64,000 nucleotides of DNA from Octopus sinensis (taxonomy: Eukaryota), in the NCBI RefSeq assembly GCF_006345805.1, contig NC_043013.1, positions 50,592,001 to 50,656,000 on the forward strand, read 5' to 3'. How positions within the stretch are numbered: position 1 is the first letter of the stretch; each line of letters begins with the position of its first letter. Position numbers and translations under genes: made by a program. Positions 1-12,536 of the stretch are shown piece by piece. The notes beneath the pieces were generated by a model that did not search any database, was not told the DNA's origin, and saw only the letters and a list, made by a program, of their open reading frames with translations.

Positions 1-164
1 TGCAGCTCTCTGGCTTGCCAGCTCTGGTCAAATTGTCCAGCTCATGCTAGCATGGACAATGGACATTAAATGATGATGATGAAGCAGACAGAGACAACCT
101 CTTGCTCTTTCCACCCAATGGCATTTAAGGTATGGATAGGAATAAGGGTAGAATAAAAGATCCT

Positions 165-376
165 TGCTGAGTCATATAGATTCAGAGGGCCAGTTTTGCT
201 GGTTTCTGTGGTGCATCTATTCCCCCTGGACAGGACACCGGTTCATCACAAGGTTACTAATTTTGGCCATTTGAGTGAATGGGAGCAACATGAAATGAAG
301 TGCATTGCCTGATCCAGGAATTGAAACCACAATCTTACGATCATGAGTCCAACACCCTAACCACTAAGCTACCTGC
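165..376 (-). mobile_element. Degenerate tRNA-derived SINE
   Basis: Minus strand head TAGCTTAGTGGTTAGGGTG...GGTTTCAATTCCTGG (A and B boxes); similar to the plus-strand copy at 23035-23205. Confidence 0.6.
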
Positions 377-417
377 ACAGGTACATTGGACAGTTGTTCA
401 AGATCCTCACAAATGAA

Positions 418-943
418 GGGGCTCAATTCTTATCTACGTATTTTGTGGCTGGCTGGCAATAAATAAATTCTATAGATCCCCATACATTTGATTTGCTCGG
501 GGACATCATGGGTCTAGGGTCCCAGTTCTGATCTATGTAGGATGTAGCTTCCTGTCAATAAATACTATAGGGCCGAGTGAATTGATTTTTCTCGGAGCTA
601 CACAAATCTAGGGGTTTCTACAAGTCTAGGGTAACCAATTCTTAACTGTGTATGTTGCGGCTTGCTCTCAATAAATAAATACTACAGGGCCCAGTGAATT
701 GACTTTCCTGGGGACTGCACAAGTTTAGAGGACCCAATTCTAATCTATGTATGCTCTGGCTTGCTATCAATAAATGAATTCATACAATAGGGCCTGCTGC
801 ATTAATTTGCCCAGGGGCCTCATAGGTCTAGAAGGACCAGTTCTCATCTATGTATGCTGTGGCTTGCTGTCAGTAAATATATAATATAGGGTCCAGTTCA
901 TTGATGTGCCCTGGACACCTCTATTGCTGCTTAGACTGTCCTG
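418..943. repeat. ~100-bp tandem repeat, about 5 diverged units
   Basis: Recurrent CCAATTCT..TCTATGTATGCTGTGGCTTGCT.TCAATAAAT..TATAGGGCC...TTGATTTGCCC.GGG units. Confidence 0.8.
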
Positions 944-1222
944 CTTCCATCCTTGTTCCAGTGGACACAAGATAAAGGGCCTCGCTTAAGGACCCAACTT
1001 GCTGCCTGGTCTAGGAATCGAACTCATGACCTTATTGTTAGTATTGAGTTGTCCCCTTTGATATAAGAATTCTAGGGTCTGCAAGACAAATATGTTGTGT
1101 GTACCAGTAATACACAAATGGTCTTAAACGTGTGCTGACTGCTGTAAATAATTACAACGATGAACGTAACAGCATTAAATACTGGGCTTATGTGATAATT
1201 AATTTTATAATGATTTCTCTTA

Positions 1223-1402
1223 ATTGGCACTCTGTTGGTTATGATGACAAGGGTACTAATTGATCTAATCAATGGAACAGCCTGCTTATAAAATTAGCAT
1301 GTAAGTGGCTGAGCACTCCACAGACATGTATTTCCTTAACCTAGTTCTCAGAGAGGTTCATTGTGGTGCAATGTGACAAGATTGCCCCTTTGAAATACAG
1401 GT
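1223..1402 (-). mobile_element. 3' half of the SINE family seen at 51504-51885
   Basis: Reverse complement matches TGTCTGTGGAGTGCTCAGCCACTT...GCAGGCTGTTCC...GAGTGC. Confidence 0.7.
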
Positions 1403-1403
1403 A

Positions 1404-1607
1404 GAGTAATCCCTTGACTATCATGGAAGTTATGGTCCAAATGCCCCTTTGATAGGTGAAAATTCGCAAAGTAGAAACAGTACTGTATATTTTAAAAAAT
1501 TATTTTTATAATTTGTATATATTTAATTCATTATAAATGCGAAACAACACCACGGAGGAATGGTCGTAAGCTTAAAGAATAAACCACAATATGGCGAGGG
1601 ATCACTG
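1404..1607. mobile_element. Tc1/mariner-superfamily (pogo/Tigger-like) MITE
   Basis: TA-GAGTAATCCCTTG...CGAGGGATCACTG-TA termini; inverted second copy at ~60965-61173. Confidence 0.7.
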
Positions 1608-2028
1608 TACTCCACATTTTTTGCTGGAACAACGTGAAATGAGGGCTAATGGCAAAGGGAGATAATCACCTTGTGTTTACCTTTACAGTGAGGCATTTTT
1701 CTCCTCTATATTTTGAAGAGGTCTTGGGCCAGCAGTATTTGGGGTCTGAAGATACACCGTTAGGCTAACCCCTTATGAGCAAGAAACCAAGGCTAACCCC
1801 ATAAACTGGCCTCCCCCATTATAATATGTATGTATGTATATATGCATATTAGTAATTACCTCCTTAATGAATTCCTTATGGTAGTTTTATGTAGAGTATC
1901 TATCTACAATACCTGAAAGGTTAGCAGGGAATTAATGAACTGGCCCTGTTGTCTACCTTACAGCTTACGAGTGCACCCAAAAGACTTTTGTAAGTCAATA
2001 TTAGCTAATGTGTGTGTGTGTATGTATG

Positions 2029-2106
<78 letters not shown>

Positions 2107-2623
2107 ATGTATGCATGTGGCACTGCATAGATGATTGAAGCAAAACATTGTGCAAAATAAATAAACTCATTTCTGACTAACGACTTTTCATTAGTAGGCC
2201 AGCTCTTTAATTAATTAGACAGCTGTGGATTTCTTACTTATTAATTATTCATATTAATTTTGTCTATATGTATTTAAGTGTGTGTGTGTGTATATATATA
2301 TTTATATATGTGCATTTATATAAATATATATATATGTATATATATTTATATAAATATGCATATATAACTACATATGTGTACATAAATACATATATTTGCA
2401 TATTTAAATACATATATATTTATGTATATATAAGTACATATATATATATATACATGTATACATATAGATGATTGTATGTATGTATGTATATATATATATA
2501 TGTACATATATATATATGTACATACATATATATATATATGTATATATATGTAAATGTATATATACGTATATATATATATATGTATATATGTGTATATATA
2601 TGTATATGTATATATGTGTATAT

Positions 2624-3790
2624 TGTTACGGAACGGAATCACCTGTCGTCGCCCGTTCCGAACGGCTCACACAAGTTCCGCCATGGAACCCAAAGAGGCG
2701 GAGAGAGGAGATACAGATAGATACTGCCACAACCTCAACAGCACAGAGATACAGAGGCACAACCCGAGATACAACCCAAAGAGGCAAGGCAACAACTGGC
2801 AACACTGGCTTATATTCAAACAACAGTTTATACGACAATTACAATTGCTACACATCAAAGCATTTAAGGCAAACAACAAATCAATACATCATACGGGTAT
2901 ACCACAGATCAAAGCATTTAACAACATGCATGTACAATATAACAGTGTTCAGTAACGACACAACAAGTCCAGATCAAATAATGTTCACGATACGTCACAG
3001 TCCCATCAGAACACTTCGATACATTATACAATGTTCGTATCACAACAATTCACGTTACAATTCAACAAGTCCTTTACTCAATTCACAATGTTCTTTATCG
3101 ACTACATCGACAGAGTCCTTCTTTTTCTCTCTTCTTTCTCTTCTTTTCTTTTACATCGTGACACGTATCAATACACAATCACATACCTTAATTCCTAACT
3201 GAATCGCCAGTGTCCCATTCTGCACTCATCCCTCAATACTGCTAAATCCAGCCTGCCAAACTCCTGCATCCCAACTTGCCCCTAAGATTCCACCTCCTTG
3301 CCGACTTCCTCGAGGACCGGCCTCGCCCGCAAGATCCGTCTGTGTTCTTCGACGACCGCTCAACGACTGCCAAGACCTCACTTCGTCTCTGTGCCTCTTC
3401 CACTCCTCCTCCCTCTGTTCTACCACCTATAGTCTTTCTATTTGCTATCTGATTCCTTACTCTATCTATATCGCCTACTGTCCCTTAGCCTCTCTATCTG
3501 TCCCTTAGTCTTATACTCTATCTCTCTCATGACAGCTCTACCAACTCTCTGCCTGCCCTTCTCTCCTACTGTCAATACCCTCTCCATCTGCTCTTAGATT
3601 CCCTTAATCTGTCCTCCTCTTCACTTCTTCAGGGTGCCCAGAGCGACCCCTAATTCACCCGCACAAGTCACAGGTCATTCCAAAACCCATTAGTCCTCCA
3701 TTAAACAAAAGACTGTCACTTTCTACTAGACATGCCGGAACCATAATTCCAATGTGGGTCACCGGTAAATGCACCAGCTAAACCGTAACA
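2624..3790 (-). repeat. 3' LTR (1167 bp)
   Basis: Direct repeat of 5729-6904 with scattered substitutions and small indels; preceded on the minus strand by the PPT. Confidence 0.95.
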
Positions 3791-3803
3791 CTACCCCCTA
3801 CCT
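3791..3803 (-). promoter_or_regulatory. Polypurine tract
   Basis: Minus strand AGGTAGGGGGTAG directly abuts the TG of the 3' LTR. Confidence 0.8.
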
Positions 3804-5000
3804 AAGCTTTTGTCGACCCGACAAAGCATAACAAAACTCGCACCTCCGAGGGCGAGCTCTCCGGGGGCTGGGGGTCCCCTTGGGTGGTTTCTCCTCCGGG
3901 GGTCTCACCTCCCACGGCCACCACTTCAGCACCAGCACTGGTTGGCACCTTCCCTCTGCGGCTTGGGTAACACCTCCGCCAACGCCGCCAGGCTTCCTAC
4001 TAGCCGCCCACAATAGGCGCACCGTCCGAGGAAGTTCCTCAAATCCCTTCCACAGGCAGGGTCCGGCCAACCCGTCACAGTGGCCACCTTCCTCAGGGCT
4101 CTATAGCCCACGTAGCATCTCGCTGTACCATCCCCATTCCGCGCAATTATCGCTGACGACCACGGACCATTCTGTCCTTTCACTGCTCCCTGTCGCCGAT
4201 ATCTCCTCTTGCGCTGCTGTACTGGGGCCTTCCTCCGGCCTCGCTGCTTCCTCAAGCGACGACCGCCTTGGTCGATGAAACGTTCTGCCAGGTCCGTGCG
4301 ACCAGCATCCAACAACCCTCACGACCAACGTCCTGCGCTCTCCACCAATGGTTGCTTCTTCCGCAACTGCATCAGCGGACCACAATCTCCCTTAACTTCA
4401 TCACTGCACCGGCAGAACTGACCCCGCCGCTGGTTTACCGTCCGGCGCAATTCCACGATTTGCCCTCTGCAAATTGCCTGCGCAGCCTTCAATAAATCGG
4501 CCGACCCACCCAGCGCTCTGTCAGACTCTGCCTCCACCAGGGTCCAGCCGACCCTCAATTGAGTTCCTATCCCGCACTGCATGTCGGGCTCCACCGGCCC
4601 CACGCAACCATCGAACACAGCGCTCCCCCAAGTGCCAACAAAGCACCAGCGACTCCTTGCGGACTGCTTCCTCAACTGCATCCGTGGGCCACCATCTCCT
4701 TCCACTGCGTTGCCGTATCGGCAGAACTGGCCCCACCACTGGTTCGCCATCTGGCACGATTCCTCGATTTGCCTTCTGCAAATCGCCTGTGCCACTTCCA
4801 AAAGATCGGCCGACCCAGCCAGCGCTCCACCAGCTTCTGCTTCCACTAGGGTCCACCCGACTCTCAATCGAGCTTTCAATAGGCGCTGCCTGTCGGGCTC
4901 CACCAGCCCCAAGCAACCATCAACCACAAAGCTCACCCAACGCTGAAGCGGTCTTCCTGGTCTTGGTGGACCCACCACCGTTCGCAGCCGTCTCGCCTCG
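3798..5000 (-). pseudogene. Degenerate Gypsy pol remnant: duplicated pre-RT linker, RT N-terminus, RT thumb/connection, pol tail
   Basis: ORFs 4319-5194 and 3926-4315 share a frame separated by one TGA. [25 protein letters not shown] resembles [57 protein letters not shown] resembles KVAAVxxWPxPxxxxELRSFLGLCSYYRRFV. No YxDD, RNase H or integrase core. Confidence 0.8.
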
Positions 5001-5022
5001 TCAACGGGCCTGGCCCTTTTCC

Positions 5023-5670
5023 TCACCAGCTTCCGTACGCAGGCCTCACAACACACATGCTCGGCCGCCGGTCCATCCACGCCTGTGGCCTCTCCACAGC
5101 GGGAACCATACAGTCCCTCTGGGCCCCAAGAGACAGGAGTCCAGACACCAAAGGACCCGCACACGGCATAGCACCTTCCGCGACCATCACACACAGAGCC
5201 GGAACCTCGGACTCAGCGACATCCACCCCAGACCTCGCCAGCTCTTCGTCCTGAGCTCCGAGAGACAGGGGTCGAGATGCCAAGGGCTCCAGACACGGAA
5301 CAACAGCATCAGCCATAACACCTTCCACAGGCCTTTTGGTTACTTCAACCTCTACGGGTTCCAAATCACAAGATTTCTTGGGTACAGCGTCACAAATTTC
5401 GGCAACCAGCCCAGGTTCCGCTTCTCTCGATGCTTCGTTCGACGGGCAATCTCTGCCCACAGGACCGTCGCTATCCTCGGTCCAACACCGATCCTTCAAA
5501 GCTGACCCATCCGCAACCTCAAGCTCCCGCTGATCTGCCCACAGGCCCTGTAGCCTCCTGTCCATTCTCTCCACGAACGCGTCCGTCTGCGCCATCTGGC
5601 CCCTTAACATCTCCACAATCAGAGCAAGCGAAATCTCCTCGTCTCCGGTCTGACAACCAGACAAATCCAT
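5023..5670 (-). CDS. ORF1 of the LTR element (gag position, 215 aa from ATG), acidic with a possible helical N-terminus
   Basis: First ATG downstream of the PBS (MDLSGCQTGDEEISLALIVEMLRGQMAQ...). No zinc knuckle or capsid motif recognised. Internal repeat PCLEPLASRPLSLGAQ / PCAGPLVSGLLSLGAQ. Confidence 0.45.
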   Translation of the reverse strand: MDLSGCQTGDEEISLALIVEMLRGQMAQTDAFVERMDRRLQGLWADQRELEVADGSALKDRCWTEDSDGPVGRDCPSNEASREAEPGLVAEICDAVPKKSCDLEPVEVEVTKRPVEGVMADAVVPCLEPLASRPLSLGAQDEELARSGVDVAESEVPALCVMVAEGAMPCAGPLVSGLLSLGAQRDCMVPAVERPQAWMDRRPSMCVVRPAYGSW

Positions 5671-5707
5671 AGCGAAAAAGAACCGATCGAAACGCAGCAA
5701 TCAGGAC

Positions 5708-5726
5708 AATCCCACTTCTGACACCA
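5708..5726 (-). promoter_or_regulatory. Primer binding site complementary to the tRNA-Leu 3' end
   Basis: Minus strand TGGTGTCAGAAGTGGGATT starts 2 nt after the 5' LTR. Plus strand AATCCCACTTCTGACACCA matches the 3' end of eukaryotic tRNA-Leu(CAA) including CCA. Confidence 0.9.
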
Positions 5727-5728
5727 GT

Positions 5729-6904
5729 TGTTACGGAACGGAATCACCCGTCGTCGCTCGTCCCGAACGGCTCACACAAGTTCTGCCACGGAACCCAAAG
5801 AGGCGGAGAGAGGAGATACAGATTGATACTGCCACAACCTCAACAGCACAGAGATACAGAGGCACAACCCGAGATACAACCCAAAGAGGCAAGGCAACAA
5901 CTGGCAACACTGGCTTATATTCAAACAACAGTTTATACGACAATTACAATTGCTACACATCAAAGCATTTAAGGCAAACAACAAATCAATACATCATACG
6001 GGTATACCACAGATCAAAGCATTTAACAACATGCATGTAACAATATAACAGTGTTCAGTAACGACACAACAAGTCCAGATCAAATAATGTTCACGATACG
6101 TCACAGTCCAATCAGAACACTTCGATACATTATACAATGTTCGTATCACAACAATTCACGTTACAATTCAACAAGTCCTTTACTCAATTCACAATGTTCT
6201 TTATCGACTACATCGACAGAGTCCTTCTTTTTCTCTCTTCTTTCTCTTCTTTTCTTTTACATCGTGACACGTATCAATACACAATCACATACCTTAATTC
6301 CTAACTGAATCGCCAGTGTCCCATTCTGCACTCATCCCTCAATACTGCTAAATCCAGCCTGCCAAACTCCTGCATCCCAACTTGCCCCTAAGATTCCACC
6401 TCCTTGCCGACTTCCTCGAGGACCGGCCAGCGACCGCAAGATCCGTCTGTGTTCTTCGACGACCGCTCAACGACTGCCAAGACCTCACTTCGTCTCTGTG
6501 CCTCTTCCACTCCCTCATCTCCCTCTGTTCTACCACCTATAGTCTTTCTATTTGCTATCTGATTCCTTACTCTATCTATATCGCCTACTGTCCCTTAGCC
6601 TCTCTATCTGTCCCTTAGTCTTATACTCTATCTCTCTCATGACAGCTCTACCAAACTCTCTGCCTGCCCTTCTCTCCTACTGTCAATACCCTCTCCATCT
6701 GCTCTTAGATTCCCTTAATCTGTCCTCCTCTTCACTTCTTCAAGGGGTGCCCAGAGCGACCCCTAATTCACCCGCACAAGGTCACAGGTCATTCCAAAAC
6801 CCATTAGTCCTCCATTAAACAAAAGACTGTCACTTTCTACTAGACATGCCGGAACCATAATTCCAATGTGGGTCACCGGGAAATGCACCAGCTAAACCGT
6901 AACA
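5729..6904 (-). repeat. 5' LTR (1176 bp)
   Basis: TG...CA ends with a perfect 8-bp terminal inverted repeat; near-identical to 2624-3790; adjacent to the PBS. Confidence 0.95.
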
Positions 6905-6934
6905 CTATATATGTATATATATATGTTGTATTAT

Positions 6935-6973
<39 letters not shown>

Positions 6974-7556
6974 GTATATTATATATATATATGTATATAT
7001 ATATGTATATATATATGTATATATATATGTATATATATATGTATATATATATGTATATATATATGTATATATATATGTATATATATACATATATATATGT
7101 ATATATATATGTATATATATATATATATATGTATATATATGTATATATATATGTATATATATATGTATATATATATGTATATATATATGTGTATATAATG
7201 TATATATATATGTATATATCTATATATATAATATGTATATATATATATGTATATATATATGTATATATATATATGTGTATATATATGTATATATATATGT
7301 GTATATATATGTATATATATATGTATATATATATGTGTATATATAGTATATATATATATGTGTATATATGTATATATATATGTGTATATATGTATATATA
7401 TGTGTATATATATGTATATATACATGTGTATATATATGTATATATATATATGTGTATATATATGTATATATATATATGTTTATATATATGTATATATATA
7501 TGTGATATATATGTATATATATATGTAATATATATGTGTATATATATATGTGTATA

Positions 7557-7602
<46 letters not shown>

Positions 7603-7631
7603 GTATATATATATATGTATATATATATATA
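6905..7631. repeat. (TA)n/(TATG)n microsatellite; continues at ~2265-2623 on the other side of the LTR element
   Basis: Seen directly. Confidence 0.95.
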
Positions 7632-7636
7632 GGTAT

Positions 7637-8298
7637 ATCATCATCATCGTTTAACATCCGCTTTCCATGCTAGCATGGGTTGGATGATTTAACTGAGGAC
7701 TAACGAACCAGATGGCTGTACCAGGCTCCAGTCTGATCTGGTAGAGTTTCTACAGCTGGATGCCCTTCCTAACTCCAACCACTCCGAGAGTGTAGTGGGT
7801 GCTTTTACGTGCCACCAGCATGAGGGCCAGTCAGGTGGTACTGGCAATGGACACATTTGAATAGTGTTTTTTTTACATGCCACCTGCACAGGAGCCAGTC
7901 CAGCGGCACTAGCAACGAACTCGCTTGAATATTTTTCATGTACCACCGGCACAAGTGCCAGTAAGGTGACGCTGGCCACGATCATGCTCGCATGGTGCTG
8001 TTAGCGCTTCACTAGCACGGATGCCAGTCATCGGATCTGATTTCAATTTCACTTGCCTCAACAGGTTTTTGCAAGCAGAGTTTAGTGTCCAATGAAGGAA
8101 AGGTACGCATAAGCGGGTTGGTTATGCTCCTGGCATAGGCCACTGGTTATGGTCTCATGTGGCTTGCCGGGTCTTCTCAAGCACAGCATATTTTCAAAAG
8201 TCACGGTTACTAGTCATTGCCTTGATGAGGCCTAATGTTCGAAGGTCGTGCTTCACCACCTCATCCCAAGTCCTCCTGGGTTTACCTCTTCCACAAGT
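7637..8298 (-). mobile_element. 5'-truncated RTE-clade LINE: ORF C-terminus, modular 3' UTR, (GAT)n tail
   Basis: Minus strand CGRGKPRRTWDEVVKHDLRTLGLIKAMTSNRDF*KYAVLEKTRQ matches the RTE C-terminal GRPRKTW motif; ends GATGTTAAACGATGATGAT. Confidence 0.8.
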
Positions 8299-8309
8299 GA
8301 AAATTGTAG

Positions 8310-8622
8310 TTGTGATCCCTGTGCTGTTGGCATGTAAAAAGAACCATCCGAACATGGCTGATGCCAGTGCCACCTTAACTGGCTTGTGTGCCAGTGGTAT
8401 GTAAAAAGCACCAACTGATCATGGTTGTTGCCTGAGCTGGTGGCATGTAAAAAGCACCCACTCACTCTCAGAGTGGTTGGCATTAGGAAGGGCATCCAGC
8501 TGTAGAAACACTGCCAGATCAGACTGGAGCCTGGTGCAGCTTCCAGGCTTCCCTGACCCCAGTCAAACCATCCAACCTATGCCAGCATGGAAAACGGACG
8601 TTAAACAATGATGATGATGATG
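8310..8622 (+). mobile_element. RTE LINE 3' UTR fragment with (GAT)n tail
   Basis: GGAAGGGCATCCAGCTGTAGAAA...CCAGCATGGAAAACGGACGTTAAACAATGATGATG. Other copies at ~1-82, 31262-31533, 32610-32790(-), 39470-39615, 41280-41450(-), 56240-56903, 60292-60430, 60478-60858(-), 61400-61570. Confidence 0.8.
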
Positions 8623-9047
8623 TTTATAAATGGAAACTATTTGAAATTGTTTAAAGAAGATAAATCTGCTTCAGAGAAGAGCAACATATTAAGGAAAAAA
8701 ACCAAAAAAAAAAAAAAAAACTATGGAAATTGCCTGATTGGAATTTGTTGGTGGTGGGCATTGGAAATATGTTGAATTGGGGTTTCGATTCATTAGGTAA
8801 AGAATATTTTAGAACAATGCAGGTAGGGGTCTATAAGACCTATGGATGTTCATTTGCAGCTAATTACTTCTCTGTTCGTTTGCTAACAGCAAATACAGAG
8901 AGAGGTTACGTGAAACTGGTGAATGCAGAGGATGACATTTTTAATATTGCTACATACATACATACACACACGCACATATATACATACATACACACATACA
9001 TACACACACATACATATACATACATACATACACACATACATATATGC

Positions 9048-9078
<31 letters not shown>

Positions 9079-9544
9079 TACATACATACATACATACTCA
9101 CATACATACACGCATGCATACACACACACATACACACACACATACATACACTCACACATACATACATACACACATATATATGTATGGGTGTATATATATG
9201 TATGCATGTGTGTATATAATATATTTATATATATTATATATATATATATATATATAATATTTATATACACACACATATACAAGTATATGTTTTGGCTTTG
9301 TGGCAGTGGAAGAATTTGTCATTTAGGTTTCGGACTTCCAAGAATTAAGCTTTTGATAAGGAAGTCATACACACACACACACACACACACATACCTACAC
9401 ATCTATACATATGTATGTATATGTATATATATATATATATAATCTTGGCTGGCTTTTTTTGTTTGCTTTTTTTTTTAAAAAACTAAATATGTAGAGTAGG
9501 ACAGTCTCATCATCACCATTATCATAATCATTATCACTATCATG

Positions 9545-10012
9545 AACATCATCACCACCACCACCACCACCACTCTCCTTCCTCTTCTCTTCTGCCCCCT
9601 CATTGTCATCATCATCATCATTGCCATCACTGCCATCACCCCCTCCACCTCTTCCTTATTGGCGTTATACTCTTCCTCATCATCAGCATTATCGATATTT
9701 CTGTAACCACCACCATCATCACCACCACCACCACTCTCCTTCCTCTTCTCTTCTGCCCCCTCATTGTCATCATCATCATCATTGCCATCACTGCCATCAT
9801 CATCATCATTGCCATCACTGCCATCATCATCATCATCATTGCCATCACTGCCATCACCCCCTCCACCTCTTCCTTATTGGCGTTATACTCTTCCTCATCA
9901 TCAGCATTATCGATATTTCTGTAACCACCACCACCATCACCACCACCACCACCACCACTCTCCTTCCTCTTCTCTTCTGCCCCCTCATTGTCATCATCAT
10001 CATCATCATCAT
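9545..10012. repeat. Local tandem duplication of a (CAC)/(CAT)-rich ~160-240 bp unit, about 2.5 copies
   Basis: CTCTCCTTCCTCTTCTCTTCTGCCCCCTCATTGTC occurs 3 times; CCTTATTGGCGTTATACTCTTCC occurs twice. Confidence 0.85.
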
Positions 10013-10234
10013 TTTTATGTCTGATCAAAGCATTGTAAACCGGGTAGACAGAAACTGAAAGAAGCCTATCATACATATATATAAATATATATATGTGTGT
10101 GTGTGTGTGTATGTTTCTTTTGTCTTGACAGTGCATGATAGCTGTAAATGAGTGCCACTGTCATACAAGCAATGTCATTCATTTCCAATAGTCTGCAAAA
10201 ACATGTCTGGCCACAAGGAAATATTAACTTGTTG

Positions 10235-11627
<1,393 letters not shown>

Positions 11628-12192
11628 TTGGGTTATCTGGAAAGTTTGTGCCGATCTTTAAAGGAAAGAAAAAGGTCAATAAATACTTGCCATTACATTT
11701 TTAATCAACCAAATATGAACCGTTTTCTTGTTCAATGCGTTTCAATCTTTCCTTTAACTTGAAAATACCTTCTTCCCAGAATTGAGGTGATTACATGGCA
11801 AATAATTCATCAAGGTATCGTTTTACGTCATCCAAGGAATTGAAATTTTTACCATTAAGACTATTCTGCAGGGACCTGAATAAGTGGAAATCCGAAGGAG
11901 CAATATCTGGTGAATATGGAGGGTAAGGTAACACATCCCAGCCGAGCTGCAACAATTTTTGTCTGGTTCCCATAGCACAAGTGCCGAAAATGAACTTTCT
12001 TATCTTCCATTTTAAAGGGTTACAGAATTAACACAGGTTATAGGAACATAAACCTTCTTCCACGAAAAGATAGCTTAAACTGTGCTCTAAATGGAGGTGT
12101 AGTCAAATCCTATTTTATGGACTCAACCATGTTCTAAAATAAGTCAAAAGGTAAGCTACTATAAATCGACACGAACTTTCCAGACAACCTAA
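11628..12192 (-). mobile_element. Internally deleted mariner (DD34D type) nested in the maT end
   Basis: TIRs TTGGGTTATCTGGAAAGTTTGTGCCGAT / ATCGACACGAACTTTCCAGACAACCTAA. ORF 11791-11973 LLQLGWDVLPYPPYSPDIAPSDFHLFRSLQNSLNGKNF carries the mariner YSPDLAPSD motif. Confidence 0.9.
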
Positions 12193-12290
12193 TGTAAAAT
12201 GATGACATCATTTTAGATTAGGTTGTCTGGAAAGTTCATGTCGATTTATAGTAGCTTACCTTTCGACTTATTTTAGAACATGGTTGAGTC
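12120..12290. repeat. 171-bp near-perfect palindrome
   Basis: 85-bp arms with 3 mismatches and a single-nt centre at 12205. Confidence 0.95.
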
Positions 12291-12499
12291 TACATAGACA
12301 CGTATACATAGACACACACACATGTTCATATAGCTTATATTCTCCTCAGGGAATAATTTCATCAATCAGCTCTGGATTTCAACTGCATGGGACTCTGCAT
12401 TATACTCATCTCTACTGGATTACTGGGTGATATGTTAGCTGAGTCCAGTGGAGGAGCTTTCTGTGAAAGCCAAATGATTTCATGAATCCATATATTACA

Positions 12500-12536
<37 letters not shown>

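Larger units (their letters stand above)
2624..6904 (-). mobile_element. Non-autonomous Ty3/Gypsy-type LTR retrotransposon with two LTRs, PBS, PPT and degenerate gag/pol remnants
   Basis: Two ~1.17-kb direct repeats (2624-3790, 5729-6904), each bounded by TGTTACGG...CCGTAACA. PBS at 5708-5726 and purine tract at 3791-3803 set minus orientation. Internal RT-like peptides. Inserted in a (TA)n/(TG)n tract; TSD not resolved. Confidence 0.95.

Noticed and set aside
4474-5505. 343-aa plus-strand ORF in the LTR element
   Set aside because: Antisense to the PBS/PPT-defined strand, non-ATG start, GC-rich shadow frame with no recognisable domain.
2618-6910. Target-site duplication of the LTR element
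   Set aside because: Left flank GTATAT and right flank CTATAT give no exact 4-6 bp junction match, and the microsatellite context makes any match uninformative.
6868-7657. Many Y/I/C/V/H/T-rich ORFs here and at ~29.5, 33.5, 37, 42.5, 47, 53 and 58 kb
   Set aside because: Dinucleotide repeats lack stop codons; artefacts.
9603-10136. His/Cys-rich ORFs
   Set aside because: Products of duplicated (CAT)/(CAC) microsatellites.
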